From assembly GCA_021819585.1 (NCBI GenBank), contig JAKAQS010000001.1:1-53221 (forward strand): a stretch of 53,221 nt of DNA, given 5' to 3'. This DNA comes from Acidobacteriota bacterium. GTDB taxonomy: Bacteria; Acidobacteriota; Terriglobia; Terriglobales; Acidobacteriaceae. The notes beneath the pieces were generated by a model. The model did not search any database. It was not told where the DNA came from and was given only the letters and a program-made list of their open reading frames with translations. This document shows positions 1-8,697 of this stretch, piece after piece (within the stretch, counting starts at the first letter, position 1; each line of letters begins with the position of its first letter). The position numbers and the translations under genes are program-made.

Positions 1-43
1 CAATGCGATGCACTTCCTTGTCGCTCATTCCCGTTCGCCCCAT
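1..43 (-). CDS. Transposase N-terminus (partial, runs off window)
   Basis: Reads MGRTGMSDKEVHRI after a strong RBS; resembles the MSxKExxR start I recall for ISNCY/IS1202 transposases; only 14 codons visible. Confidence 0.55.
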   Translation of the reverse strand, partial: MGRTGMSDKEVHRI

Positions 44-75
44 TCTGCCTCCTCCTCTTTCGGAGGCTAGTAAAT

Positions 76-121
76 GGGGACATTTCTATTGAGCGTGCCA
101 GGGGACACTTCTAATGAGCGT
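76..121. repeat. Two 21-bp direct repeats (putative transposase-binding sites in the IS end)
   Basis: ggggacatttctattgagcgt (76-96) and ggggacacttctaatgagcgt (101-121). Confidence 0.85.
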
Positions 122-124
122 CAA

Positions 125-167
125 CAGCCCCAGTCACGCGCCCTGTCACGCGCAGCCCCAGTCACGC
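125..167. repeat. Short imperfect repeat abutting the IS end
   Basis: cagccccagtcacgc at 125-139 and 153-167, with a third gtcacgc between them. Confidence 0.7.
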
Positions 168-383
168 TCAGGCCGGTCTCGAGATTGGAAAAATAGAGAC
201 CCGCCGGCAGCAGGAGGAGGAAGAAACATGCCTACCTGGAGAGGCTGGCAGGGGCGGGGCCGGGGTAGCGAATATTCCCGGAAGTTCTGACGGATACACA
301 GATCTTGGGGGGCTATGAGCCGCGGAAACTCTCCGGGCCCCCTACCGGCCGAGGAAGTTCGCTCCCTATCCGACCGACAGTTT

Positions 384-1484
384 TCATCCAGGGATCGAGC
401 CGGGATCCTCTACATATCTGGAGAAGATCGACAGATTCGCTCGCATCACCAGATTAGGCGCCAGCTTGGTGATGCGGGCCGGCCGGACGTTATCACGCAG
501 ATATCGCAGCAACGATTGAATCGCGATCCTCCCTTGGGTGAATGGTCGTTGGTAGAGTGAAGCCATGACGTAGCCGTTTTCCATCTCCGCGACCAACTCG
601 GGGAACAGATCGGTGACCACGATGCGAACGGAGTCCAGCCGTCCGGCTTCCCGGATCGCACGCAGCACGGGCAGACTGTTCGCCGTACTGATGTATAGCC
701 CTTGCATGGTTCGGTGTTCGGCCAGCATCTTCCGGGCCATAGAGTAGGCTTGAGCCGGATCATCGTGGCTTTCCACAACCGGCAAAAGACGCAGATGCGG
801 CGCCAGCAGCGCCAGGCTTGCGGCGTATCCTCGCAATTTTTCGGAGTGGTCGAATACCCGCAGGTCACCGGTAAAGATGCCTACTGTGGCGGACGGCGGC
901 AACGCATAACGGAGCAGCTCTGCCGCCAGCGAGCCGCTGACATAACCGTCAATGGCAATGGACGCAAGCCGCTCGCTGCGCACTGCGTCCGTGGCCACAC
1001 ACACCACGGCAGTACCCTCGTGCTGTAGTTGGTTGATGAGAGGCGTGGCTGCTCCGGCGTCGCTGGGTGCGCATACGATGCCGTCGTAGTGTTTCCCGAT
1101 CGAGTTTTGCAGCATGGCAACATCGCCGGAACCGAAGCGGGTATAGTCCTCAAAATGCATCTCCAGACCCGTATCGGGCCAGACGGAGGCCCCGGCGCGA
1201 ATCCCCTCGCGCAGCGGCTGGAAGAAGGTCGCGATCTCTGCCGGGAGGAGCACAGCGACGCGAAGAGTGCGATTCAACTTGAGAAAGCGGGCCGCTACGT
1301 TTGGACGGTAACCTAGTTTCGCGGCCATTTTCAGAACTCGGTCGCGGGTTAGGGGATTCACTCCAGGGCGCCCGTGGAGGGCCCGATCGACGGTGCCGAT
1401 GGAAACGCCCAGGTTCGCGGCAATGTCTTTGATGCCAACTTGCTGTCCCGGCTTGGATCTCTGCAAGGTCTTCGCGCTTGTCAT
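384..1484 (-). CDS. LacI-family transcriptional regulator
   Basis: N-terminal HTH IKDIAANLGVSIGTVDRALH...LGYRPN followed by a periplasmic-binding-protein-like sugar domain; ATG at 1484 preferred over the ORF limit 1529. Confidence 0.93.
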   Translation of the reverse strand: MTSAKTLQRSKPGQQVGIKDIAANLGVSIGTVDRALHGRPGVNPLTRDRVLKMAAKLGYRPNVAARFLKLNRTLRVAVLLPAEIATFFQPLREGIRAGASVWPDTGLEMHFEDYTRFGSGDVAMLQNSIGKHYDGIVCAPSDAGAATPLINQLQHEGTAVVCVATDAVRSERLASIAIDGYVSGSLAAELLRYALPPSATVGIFTGDLRVFDHSEKLRGYAASLALLAPHLRLLPVVESHDDPAQAYSMARKMLAEHRTMQGLYISTANSLPVLRAIREAGRLDSVRIVVTDLFPELVAEMENGYVMASLYQRPFTQGRIAIQSLLRYLRDNVRPARITKLAPNLVMRANLSIFSRYVEDPGSIPG

Positions 1485-1644
1485 GGCAGCAATTAGAGAG
1501 TAACAGGCAGAGTGGCCGGTGGCGGGCAATCAAGACAGGAGTGCGTTAAGTGAAGCGACAGGAATCACGATGCGGGGTGGTTTGGCCCCCCCCCGCTCCG
1601 GCCGCGGAACATTGGCGGAATCTTCACCCGCCGCGGAGTTCTCC

Positions 1645-1653
1645 TGATATAAA
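1645..1653 (+). promoter_or_regulatory. Candidate extended -10 promoter for the DUF5107 operon
   Basis: TG-A-TATAAA within an AT-rich patch of the divergent intergenic region. Confidence 0.45.
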
Positions 1654-1658
1654 TAATA

Positions 1659-1672
1659 CGTGAACGTACACG
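1659..1672. promoter_or_regulatory. Candidate LacI-family operator
   Basis: Near-palindrome CGTGAACGTACACG centred on CG, lying between the divergent LacI gene and the sugar operon, just downstream of the putative -10. Confidence 0.65.
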
Positions 1673-1740
1673 ATATACGAGCTGCGAACCCACTGAGCCA
1701 GGACATGCGGCGTTTGGGGGGGGCGCGCGGAGTGAGTGGC

Positions 1741-4700
1741 ATGAAAGACATGATGCAACCGGTCAGAGTGTGGGAAGAGACGATTACACTGCCGACATAC
1801 GCAGCAGATCCTGCGGATCCGAATCCGATGTTCCTGGAAAGGAGGGTCTATCAGGGTAGCAGCGGCAAGGTTTACCCCAATGCCTTCACGGACCGGATCG
1901 CCAAGGAGAGATCGGAACGGAGCTATCGGGCCATCTATCTCGAAAATGAATATGTGCGCCTCATGATTCTCCCGGAGATTGGCGGCCGCATTCATGTTGG
2001 GCAGGACAAGACGAATGGCTACGACTTCTTCTATCGCCAGAATGTGATCAAACCGGCGCTGGTCGGGCTGCTGGGACCCTGGATCTCTGGGGGCGTGGAG
2101 TTTAACTGGCCGCAACACCACCGCCCTTCCACCTTTATGCCTGTCCACGCAGCCGTCGAACACTCCGAGGATGGCAGCGTAACCGCATGGCTCAGCGAGC
2201 ATGATCCCATGCTGCGCATGAAAGGCATGGTGGGAATCTGTCTGCATCCGAACCGCTCGCTGGTGGAGGCGAAGGTGCGGCTCTATAACCGGACTCCGTT
2301 CTCCCAGACGTTTTTGTGGTGGGCCAACGTCGCGGTACGGGTACACGACCGATACCAGGCATTTTTCCCTCCCGATGTTCACTTTGTCGCCGACCATGCC
2401 AAACGTGCGGTCTCGTCCTTTCCCGTGGCCAGGAGCTTCTATTACGGGGTGGATTATACGGAGGGGGCCGATCTCCGTTGGTACAAAAACATCCCTGTAC
2501 CAACTTCTTATATGGTTACAGCCTCCAACTTCGACTTTTTCGGCGGCTACGATCACGAGAAAGAGGCGGGGTTTGTCCATGTTGCCGACCGTCACATCGC
2601 TCCCGGGAAAAAGCTGTGGACCTGGGGAAGCGGTGACTTCGGCCATGCCTGGGATCGAAACCTCACGGACGAAGACGGTCCATATGTGGAGTTGATGGCG
2701 GGCGTCTATACGGATAACCAGCCGGATTTTTCATGGCTTGCACCCTATGAGACCAGGATCTTCAGCCAATTCTGGTATCCGATTCAAAAGATCGGCCCTG
2801 TGGTTTGCGCCAACCTTCATGCGGCCCTGAGCGTAGAGAAGTTGGGAGCAAACACCCGTTTGGGAGTCTGCGCCCCCGAGCGCATGGCTGAATGCAGGGT
2901 GATGGTGCTCCATTCGGAGAGGATGGTCTTTACCGCGGATATTGAAATCGTGCCCGGCAAGCCATGGATCGGAGAGTTCCACACGGAACGGAAGTTGAGC
3001 GAGCTTCGTTTTGAGCTGCGAGACACAAACGGAAATCTGTTCCTGGAGTATGCACCTGAAGAGAAAACCTCAGTCGAACTGCCAGAGGCGGCCACAGAGC
3101 CACCATCGCCGCAAGAGATCTCTTCCGTGGACGAGTTGTATCTTACCGGACTTCATCTGGAACAATACCGCCATGCGACGCGTTCTCCAGAGGCCTACTG
3201 GGAAGAGGCGCTGCGGCGGGATCCGGGGGATGCGCGGGTGAATCATGCGCTGGGCCTGATTGCGCTGCGCAGAGGAGAGTTCCGTCGCGCGGAGGAACTT
3301 TTCCGCAAGAGCATTGCGCGCCTTACCCGCCTGAATCCGAATCCCAGGGATGGAGAGCCCTTCTTCAATCTTGGGCTTGCGTTAGCCTGGCAGCAGCGCC
3401 CCGCGGAAGCCTATGACGCATTCTACAAAGCAACCTGGAATGAGGCATGGCACAACGCCGGATACTATGAACTGGCCAAGCTGGCCGCGACGAGAGCTGA
3501 TTTCAAGCTGGCTCTTGCCCATCTGGACGAGTGTCTGCGGGGTGACCACGAAAACCTGAAAGCCTGCAATCTGCGATCCGCGGTCTTGCGTCATCTGGGC
3601 CGGTATGAGGAAGCTCGTTACCAACTGCAATCAACGCTCGGCAAAGATCGGTTGGATTTTTTTGCCCACGCTGAAACGATGTTTCTCGAAATACCTTCCG
3701 GCGCCGGCTGGCCAGAACTTGTAGCCATCCTCCATGACGACATCCAGACAGCACTCGATATTACATACGACTATGCGGGCGCCGGTCTCTATCAGGAAGC
3801 TTCGCAGTGGTTGGCAAAGGTGGTCAAGGAGACGGGCAAGGAATATCCTTTGGCTTTTTACACCTTGGCATGGATTGCGGAGCGCAGAGGCGAGCCGCAG
3901 GAGGCGGAGATCTATTGGCGAAGGGCATCGCTGGCTTCGCCGCTCTACTGCTTTCCATCGCGTCTGGAGGAGATGGTGATTCTCGAACGCGCGATCGAGC
4001 GGGATTCACAGGATGCAAAGGCCAACTACTATTTGGGGAATCTCTACTACGACCGCAAACGCTACACCGAAGCGGTTGCGTGTTGGCGAGCTTCCGTCGC
4101 GGCCGATCCCGGTTTTTCCATCCCCTGGCGCAACCTGGGAATTGCGGAGTACAACATTCGAAAAGATCCGGAGGCAGCGCAGGCCGTTTACCGCAAAGCC
4201 ATCGCTTGCAACCGTTCGGATCCGCGCCTGCTTTATGAGTTTGATCAGTTGCGAAAGCGCCTGCAACACGCTCCGGAAGAACGCCTCGCCGCGTTGGAAT
4301 CGGATCTCCCGTTGGTCGCAGAGCGAGACGATCTCAGCGTCGAGTACGTGGCGCTGCTCAATCTCACGGGTAGGCACGAGAAAGCTCTGCAGGTTCTGAT
4401 GAGCCGGCAATTCAGTCCTTGGGAAGGCGGCGAGGGGCTGGTCTCCGGACAGTGGGTGCAGACCAATCTCGCTTTAGGATGCAGAGCGATCGAGGCTGGA
4501 GACTTTGCAGCCGCGCTGGAGGCGTTCAAGAGGGCCAGAGTCTATCCGGAGAACCTCGGTGAGGGCAAACACCTGCTGACCCTGGAGCGCCATCTTGACT
4601 ACTGGCAGGGGCAGGCCCTCGAAGCAGGTGGAGAGATGGATCGAGCCAGAGAGTTCTACCTTGCAGGGGCCAAGCCGCTTACGACTCCATCCGTACACAG

Positions 4701-5049
4701 CTATTATCGGGCGCTTGCCCTGCGCAGACTCGGCCAAAGCGAAGAGGCCGCCGCGGAGTTGGATCGCCTGCGCAGTTACGCGCTGACGCTGAGAAAGCAG
4801 AAACCTGTTGTGGACTACTTTGCAACGTCACTACCGAATCTGCTGCTCTTCGACGACGACCTGGCCAAGAGGAATCTGGTGGAGAGCCTGATGTTGGAAG
4901 CCTTTGCCGTGTTGGGGATGGGAGATTCGGATCACGCGCGCAGTCTCTTTCAGCAGGTAATTGGTCTGGATGCAAGCAACTTTGACGCGCGCCGGCAGAT
5001 TCTTCACTGGAGCCTTCCCGACCAGCTTGGGGAGATGACGCATGCCTAG
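1741..5049 (+). CDS. DUF5107 domain + tetratricopeptide repeat protein
   Basis: N-terminal motifs YQGSSGKVYP, LENEY..LPEIGGRI, GPWISGGVEFNWPQHHRP typical of DUF5107; long C-terminal TPR array; ATG 1741 has GGAG upstream. Confidence 0.85.
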   Translation: MKDMMQPVRVWEETITLPTYAADPADPNPMFLERRVYQGSSGKVYPNAFTDRIAKERSERSYRAIYLENEYVRLMILPEIGGRIHVGQDKTNGYDFFYRQNVIKPALVGLLGPWISGGVEFNWPQHHRPSTFMPVHAAVEHSEDGSVTAWLSEHDPMLRMKGMVGICLHPNRSLVEAKVRLYNRTPFSQTFLWWANVAVRVHDRYQAFFPPDVHFVADHAKRAVSSFPVARSFYYGVDYTEGADLRWYKNIPVPTSYMVTASNFDFFGGYDHEKEAGFVHVADRHIAPGKKLWTWGSGDFGHAWDRNLTDEDGPYVELMAGVYTDNQPDFSWLAPYETRIFSQFWYPIQKIGPVVCANLHAALSVEKLGANTRLGVCAPERMAECRVMVLHSERMVFTADIEIVPGKPWIGEFHTERKLSELRFELRDTNGNLFLEYAPEEKTSVELPEAATEPPSPQEISSVDELYLTGLHLEQYRHATRSPEAYWEEALRRDPGDARVNHALGLIALRRGEFRRAEELFRKSIARLTRLNPNPRDGEPFFNLGLALAWQQRPAEAYDAFYKATWNEAWHNAGYYELAKLAATRADFKLALAHLDECLRGDHENLKACNLRSAVLRHLGRYEEARYQLQSTLGKDRLDFFAHAETMFLEIPSGAGWPELVAILHDDIQTALDITYDYAGAGLYQEASQWLAKVVKETGKEYPLAFYTLAWIAERRGEPQEAEIYWRRASLASPLYCFPSRLEEMVILERAIERDSQDAKANYYLGNLYYDRKRYTEAVACWRASVAADPGFSIPWRNLGIAEYNIRKDPEAAQAVYRKAIACNRSDPRLLYEFDQLRKRLQHAPEERLAALESDLPLVAERDDLSVEYVALLNLTGRHEKALQVLMSRQFSPWEGGEGLVSGQWVQTNLALGCRAIEAGDFAAALEAFKRARVYPENLGEGKHLLTLERHLDYWQGQALEAGGEMDRAREFYLAGAKPLTTPSVHSYYRALALRRLGQSEEAAAELDRLRSYALTLRKQKPVVDYFATSLPNLLLFDDDLAKRNLVESLMLEAFAVLGMGDSDHARSLFQQVIGLDASNFDARRQILHWSLPDQLGEMTHA

Positions 5050-6445
5050 TGTCTCCATTCCTGGAGCGCCTGCCGGCGGGCGGCGACAAGGTTCCTCACA
5101 GACCTTGCAGGAGGCGGTTTACTGTTGGCTGGTTTCCGGCGTAGCGGCGATCGCCGGGCTGCTCTTCGGTTTTGACATCGCCGTGATCAACGGCGCAATC
5201 GTCTTTCTGCGGGCGCAATTTCACCTGAATGACTTTCAGACCGAGATGGCGGTGAGCTTCCTGCTGATGGGATGCATTGCCGGCGCGGCAATAGCAGGCT
5301 GGCTTGCGGACCGATACGGGCGCCGGCGCGTTCTCTCCATCTCCGCCTTGCTGTTTGGAGTTTCGTCGCTGGCCGCCGCCCTGCCACGAACCTTCGCGGA
5401 ATTTGGCGCGGCGCGGATGATTGGAGGAGTCGCCATCGGCATCGCCTCCATGGTTGCTCCTCTCTATATTGCGGAGGTAGCCCCGGCGCATATTCGCGGG
5501 CGCTTGGTTTCGTTGAATCAAATGGCGATTGTAACCGGGATTCTGCTTGCCTACTTCACCAATTGGGCTCTGTCCTTTTCCGGCGCGGCGAGCTGGCGGT
5601 GGATGTTCGCAGTCGCCGTAGTTCCGGCGCTGGCGCTCTTCGCCGGCCTATTCCTGGCGCCGGAGAGTCCACGCTGGCTGATGGAAAAGGGGAGGGAAGG
5701 CGATGCGCGCGCCGTGCTCGAGCGCATGGAAGGCGTGGAAGAGGGGCAGGCGCAGGCGCGGCGGATCCACGAAACGTTGCACCATCAAGCTGGAACCTTG
5801 GAGGAGCTGTTCACCCCGGCCCTGCGGCGTCCTTTGTATCTCATCATGGCCCTTGCGGTTCTGCAACAGATCACTGGCATCAACACGGTTCTTTTTTACG
5901 GCTCGCTCCTCTGGGAGCGCGAGTTCCGCTGCCACGGCCACTCCTCCGCGATTGGGATGAACACCATGATTGGCCTGGTGAACTTTGCGGTTACTCTGCT
6001 TGCGCTCTGGCTGATTGAGCGCTCTGGCCGCCGAGCGTTGCTCATGTTTTCCAGTGGCGGCATGGCGATCTGCCAACTCCTGCTGGGCCTCGTCTTCAGG
6101 ATGAGAACGCCGCCGGCGTTCTTCATGCTGGGCTCCATCCTGCTCTGCGTGGCGGCATTCGCCGTGGGACTTGGTCCGGTCACCTGGACGCTGATGGCGG
6201 AGCTTCTACCCACGAATGTCCGTGGAAAGGCCATGTCGCTTGCGAACATGGCGCTCTGGATCGCCAGTTGTGCCTTGACATTTACCTTTCTTTCCCTGCT
6301 ACACGCTGTCACCGCTACCGGAGCGTTTTGTCTGTACAGCTTTCTCTGCGGGCTGACTTTTGTGCTGGTCTGGAAGCTTGTTCCTGAAACAAAAGGAAGA
6401 ACGCTCGAAGAGATTGAGGAGTTCTGGCGCAAAGAACGAAGGTAA
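5042..6445 (+). CDS. Sugar porter family MFS transporter
   Basis: GLLFGFD, DRYGRR, PESPRW, QQITGIN and PETKG motifs; about 12 hydrophobic segments; overlaps upstream gene end. Confidence 0.95.
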   Translation: MPSVSIPGAPAGGRRQGSSQTLQEAVYCWLVSGVAAIAGLLFGFDIAVINGAIVFLRAQFHLNDFQTEMAVSFLLMGCIAGAAIAGWLADRYGRRRVLSISALLFGVSSLAAALPRTFAEFGAARMIGGVAIGIASMVAPLYIAEVAPAHIRGRLVSLNQMAIVTGILLAYFTNWALSFSGAASWRWMFAVAVVPALALFAGLFLAPESPRWLMEKGREGDARAVLERMEGVEEGQAQARRIHETLHHQAGTLEELFTPALRRPLYLIMALAVLQQITGINTVLFYGSLLWEREFRCHGHSSAIGMNTMIGLVNFAVTLLALWLIERSGRRALLMFSSGGMAICQLLLGLVFRMRTPPAFFMLGSILLCVAAFAVGLGPVTWTLMAELLPTNVRGKAMSLANMALWIASCALTFTFLSLLHAVTATGAFCLYSFLCGLTFVLVWKLVPETKGRTLEEIEEFWRKERR

Positions 6446-6464
6446 GTTGCTGGAGGGCCGCATC

Positions 6465-8417
6465 ATGAAGAGAACGTTCCGCATAGGGCTCAGCTTGGTA
6501 CTGCTTGGGTGCGGCTTGGCAAACGCGCAGGATCAAGATGCCTCTGTCGTTTTGGATGGACGCGCCAAAGGCCAGGTGTTTTATGGCATCGGCGCTGTGA
6601 GCGCCGGCGCGTCTTCACGCCTGCTCGTTGATTATCCGGAACCGCAACGAAGCCAGATTCTGAATTATCTCTTCAAGCCGGATTATGGAGCTGCGCTCCA
6701 GCATTTGAAGGTCGAGATAGGCGCGGATGCAAACTCAACCGACGGATCGGAACCCAGCTATGCCCGCTCTCCCACGGATAGGAACTTTCACCGGGGGTAT
6801 GAGTGGTGGCTGATGCAGGAGGCGCGCAAGCGCAATCCTCACATTGTGCTGGACTCGCTGGCCTGGGGTGCTCCGGGATGGGTGAGAACGTTCTATTCCC
6901 CAAAGACCGCCGAGTACATGGCTGGATTTTTGCAAGGCGCTCATACAACGTATGGCCTGGATATCGCCTACACTGGCGTCAGAAATGAAACTCCCTTTGA
7001 TGGCGGCTATGTGAAGGCGTTGCGTAAGGCTCTGGACCGGGAGCAGGTCGCCACGGAGATCGTCTGTTGCGATGAAACAACCAGTGAGGGCCAATGGAAG
7101 ATCTTGAGCGCCATGAAAGAGGATCCGGCGCTTGACGCCTCTGTCGCCGTGGTAACCATGCACTATCCACGCATCCATGGCGAGGTTACCACTCCCCCGG
7201 CCGCACGCTTGATCCGGCAGCCGATTTGGTCCAGTGAAGATCAGCCCGCGTCCAGCGCGTCGCAGATCCACTCTCGCGACTGGGAGACTGGAGGCAGGGA
7301 ACTCGCCCAACTGTACAACGACAATTATCTCAAAGGCGGCTTTACAGCAACGGAGATCTGGAGTCCCGTCACCTCCTACTATGACATTCTGGCCGCTCCC
7401 AACTCTGGCCTGATGTATGCCAATACGCCATGGTCCGGAAGCTACAGGGTGCAGGGAGCGATCTGGGCGACTGCCCATACGACTCAGTTCGCGCAACCCG
7501 GATGGCTCTATCTTCGCTCTTCCTGCGGTTACCTGCCGGAAAAGGGAGACTATGTGACGCTGATGTCTCCAAAGACGAAGGATTGGAGCGTCATCTTGCA
7601 GACGATCGGCGCAAAGAACCCACAGACGGTCCATTTTCAGATTCAAGGCGGGCTTATGGCGGATCCCGTTCACATTTGGGAGACCAACAGCGTGCGAACC
7701 TTCGAACACATTGCGGATGTGGCGCCTCGGGATGGCAGCTTTGCTTACACTTTTGACCCTGACTCGCTCTACTCGCTGACAACCACCACCGGGCAACACC
7801 GCGGAGACGCAGCTCCGCCCCCAGCAGCGAATTTTCCATTTCCGTGGCGCGCCGACTTCAACCGTGTACCCCTGCGCGGCACTGCGCCGTACTTGTCGGA
7901 CCAGGATGGCGCCTTTGAAGTTCTGCCATGTCTGCAGGGCAGGGGCGATTGCCTGGAACAGGTTATCACCGAGAAGCCGATTCCCTGGGGCGGAAGACCC
8001 GATCCCTGGACCCTGGCGGGAGACGAGGAATGGACAGATTATCGCCTGAGCTCCAAGGTGCGATTTCTTGGGCAGGGGGAGATCCGGTTGCTGGGCCGCA
8101 TCGACTCCGCCAATGTCTTCGCCGATAAAAAGGCCAAGTATCCGAGTGGATATGTTTTCAAACTCGATGCCACCGGACACTGGGCGCTGCTTCGCACTGC
8201 ATACAAAGCGTCAGTGGTCTCTCTGGCGCAAGGCGTGTTGGCTATGGATACCCGGAGATGGCATGCTTTGGTACTTGCATTCCAGGGTAATCAAATCTCG
8301 GCGTCATTGGACGGGAGACGGCTGGCCTCCGTAACCGATAGCGCCCACACCCATGGAATGGTCGGGATTGGAACGGGGTGGAATCGCGCTCAATTCGATA
8401 ACTTGTCGGTGAGGTAG
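6465..8417 (+). CDS. Secreted GH59 glycoside hydrolase (galactosylceramidase-like)
   Basis: Signal peptide; SSRLLVDYPEPQRSQIL..LF, LKVEIG.D.NSTDGSEPS, RGYEWWLM; putative catalytic NE and WSSED; C-terminal lectin-like domain. Confidence 0.88.
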   Translation: MKRTFRIGLSLVLLGCGLANAQDQDASVVLDGRAKGQVFYGIGAVSAGASSRLLVDYPEPQRSQILNYLFKPDYGAALQHLKVEIGADANSTDGSEPSYARSPTDRNFHRGYEWWLMQEARKRNPHIVLDSLAWGAPGWVRTFYSPKTAEYMAGFLQGAHTTYGLDIAYTGVRNETPFDGGYVKALRKALDREQVATEIVCCDETTSEGQWKILSAMKEDPALDASVAVVTMHYPRIHGEVTTPPAARLIRQPIWSSEDQPASSASQIHSRDWETGGRELAQLYNDNYLKGGFTATEIWSPVTSYYDILAAPNSGLMYANTPWSGSYRVQGAIWATAHTTQFAQPGWLYLRSSCGYLPEKGDYVTLMSPKTKDWSVILQTIGAKNPQTVHFQIQGGLMADPVHIWETNSVRTFEHIADVAPRDGSFAYTFDPDSLYSLTTTTGQHRGDAAPPPAANFPFPWRADFNRVPLRGTAPYLSDQDGAFEVLPCLQGRGDCLEQVITEKPIPWGGRPDPWTLAGDEEWTDYRLSSKVRFLGQGEIRLLGRIDSANVFADKKAKYPSGYVFKLDATGHWALLRTAYKASVVSLAQGVLAMDTRRWHALVLAFQGNQISASLDGRRLASVTDSAHTHGMVGIGTGWNRAQFDNLSVR

Positions 8418-8697
8418 TTGGCTTCGGCAGGAGGGGTCGCGTTCGGGTATGGTTCACGCATCGATTCAGGCTTACTCGGAGTTGACACGCTCCACGGAAG
8501 GCTGATGCTGCGTGTGCGAATGGCGACGCCGAAGCGAGTGGGTAACGCTCCTTCGATGCTCGCTCTCCCCAAGGCTCGCTCTCCCGATGCCTGCTCTCCG
8601 CCGTCAGCTTGTGCTGCTGACGCGCGCGGCACTCCTGGTCCACCATCCGTCCGTCTACTTCCGGGGTCGCGAAGCGATCTCTCCTCCCTCAGCCGCT

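Larger units (their letters stand above)
1..126 (-). mobile_element. Left end of an insertion sequence (IS1202/ISNCY-like, IS481-related), continuing beyond window start
   Basis: Minus strand begins TGT at 126, followed by two 21-bp direct repeats (101-121 and 76-96, 19/21 identical, core RTGTCCCC), then a GAGGAGG RBS and an ORF start at 43. Confidence 0.7.

Noticed and set aside
76-167. Possible mini-CRISPR array
   Set aside because: Only two repeats with a 4-bp gap and no cas genes; better explained as IS terminal repeats.
6735-8180. 481-aa minus-strand ORF and similar long antisense ORFs (42175-43461, 12992-13987, 46782-47843, 38344-39393)
   Set aside because: All lie opposite well-supported genes and have no domain signatures.
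8418-8697. 185-aa ORF and gctcgctctccc repeats between GH59 and GH78
   Set aside because: ORF overlaps the GH78 end and is low-complexity; repeats are too short to interpret.
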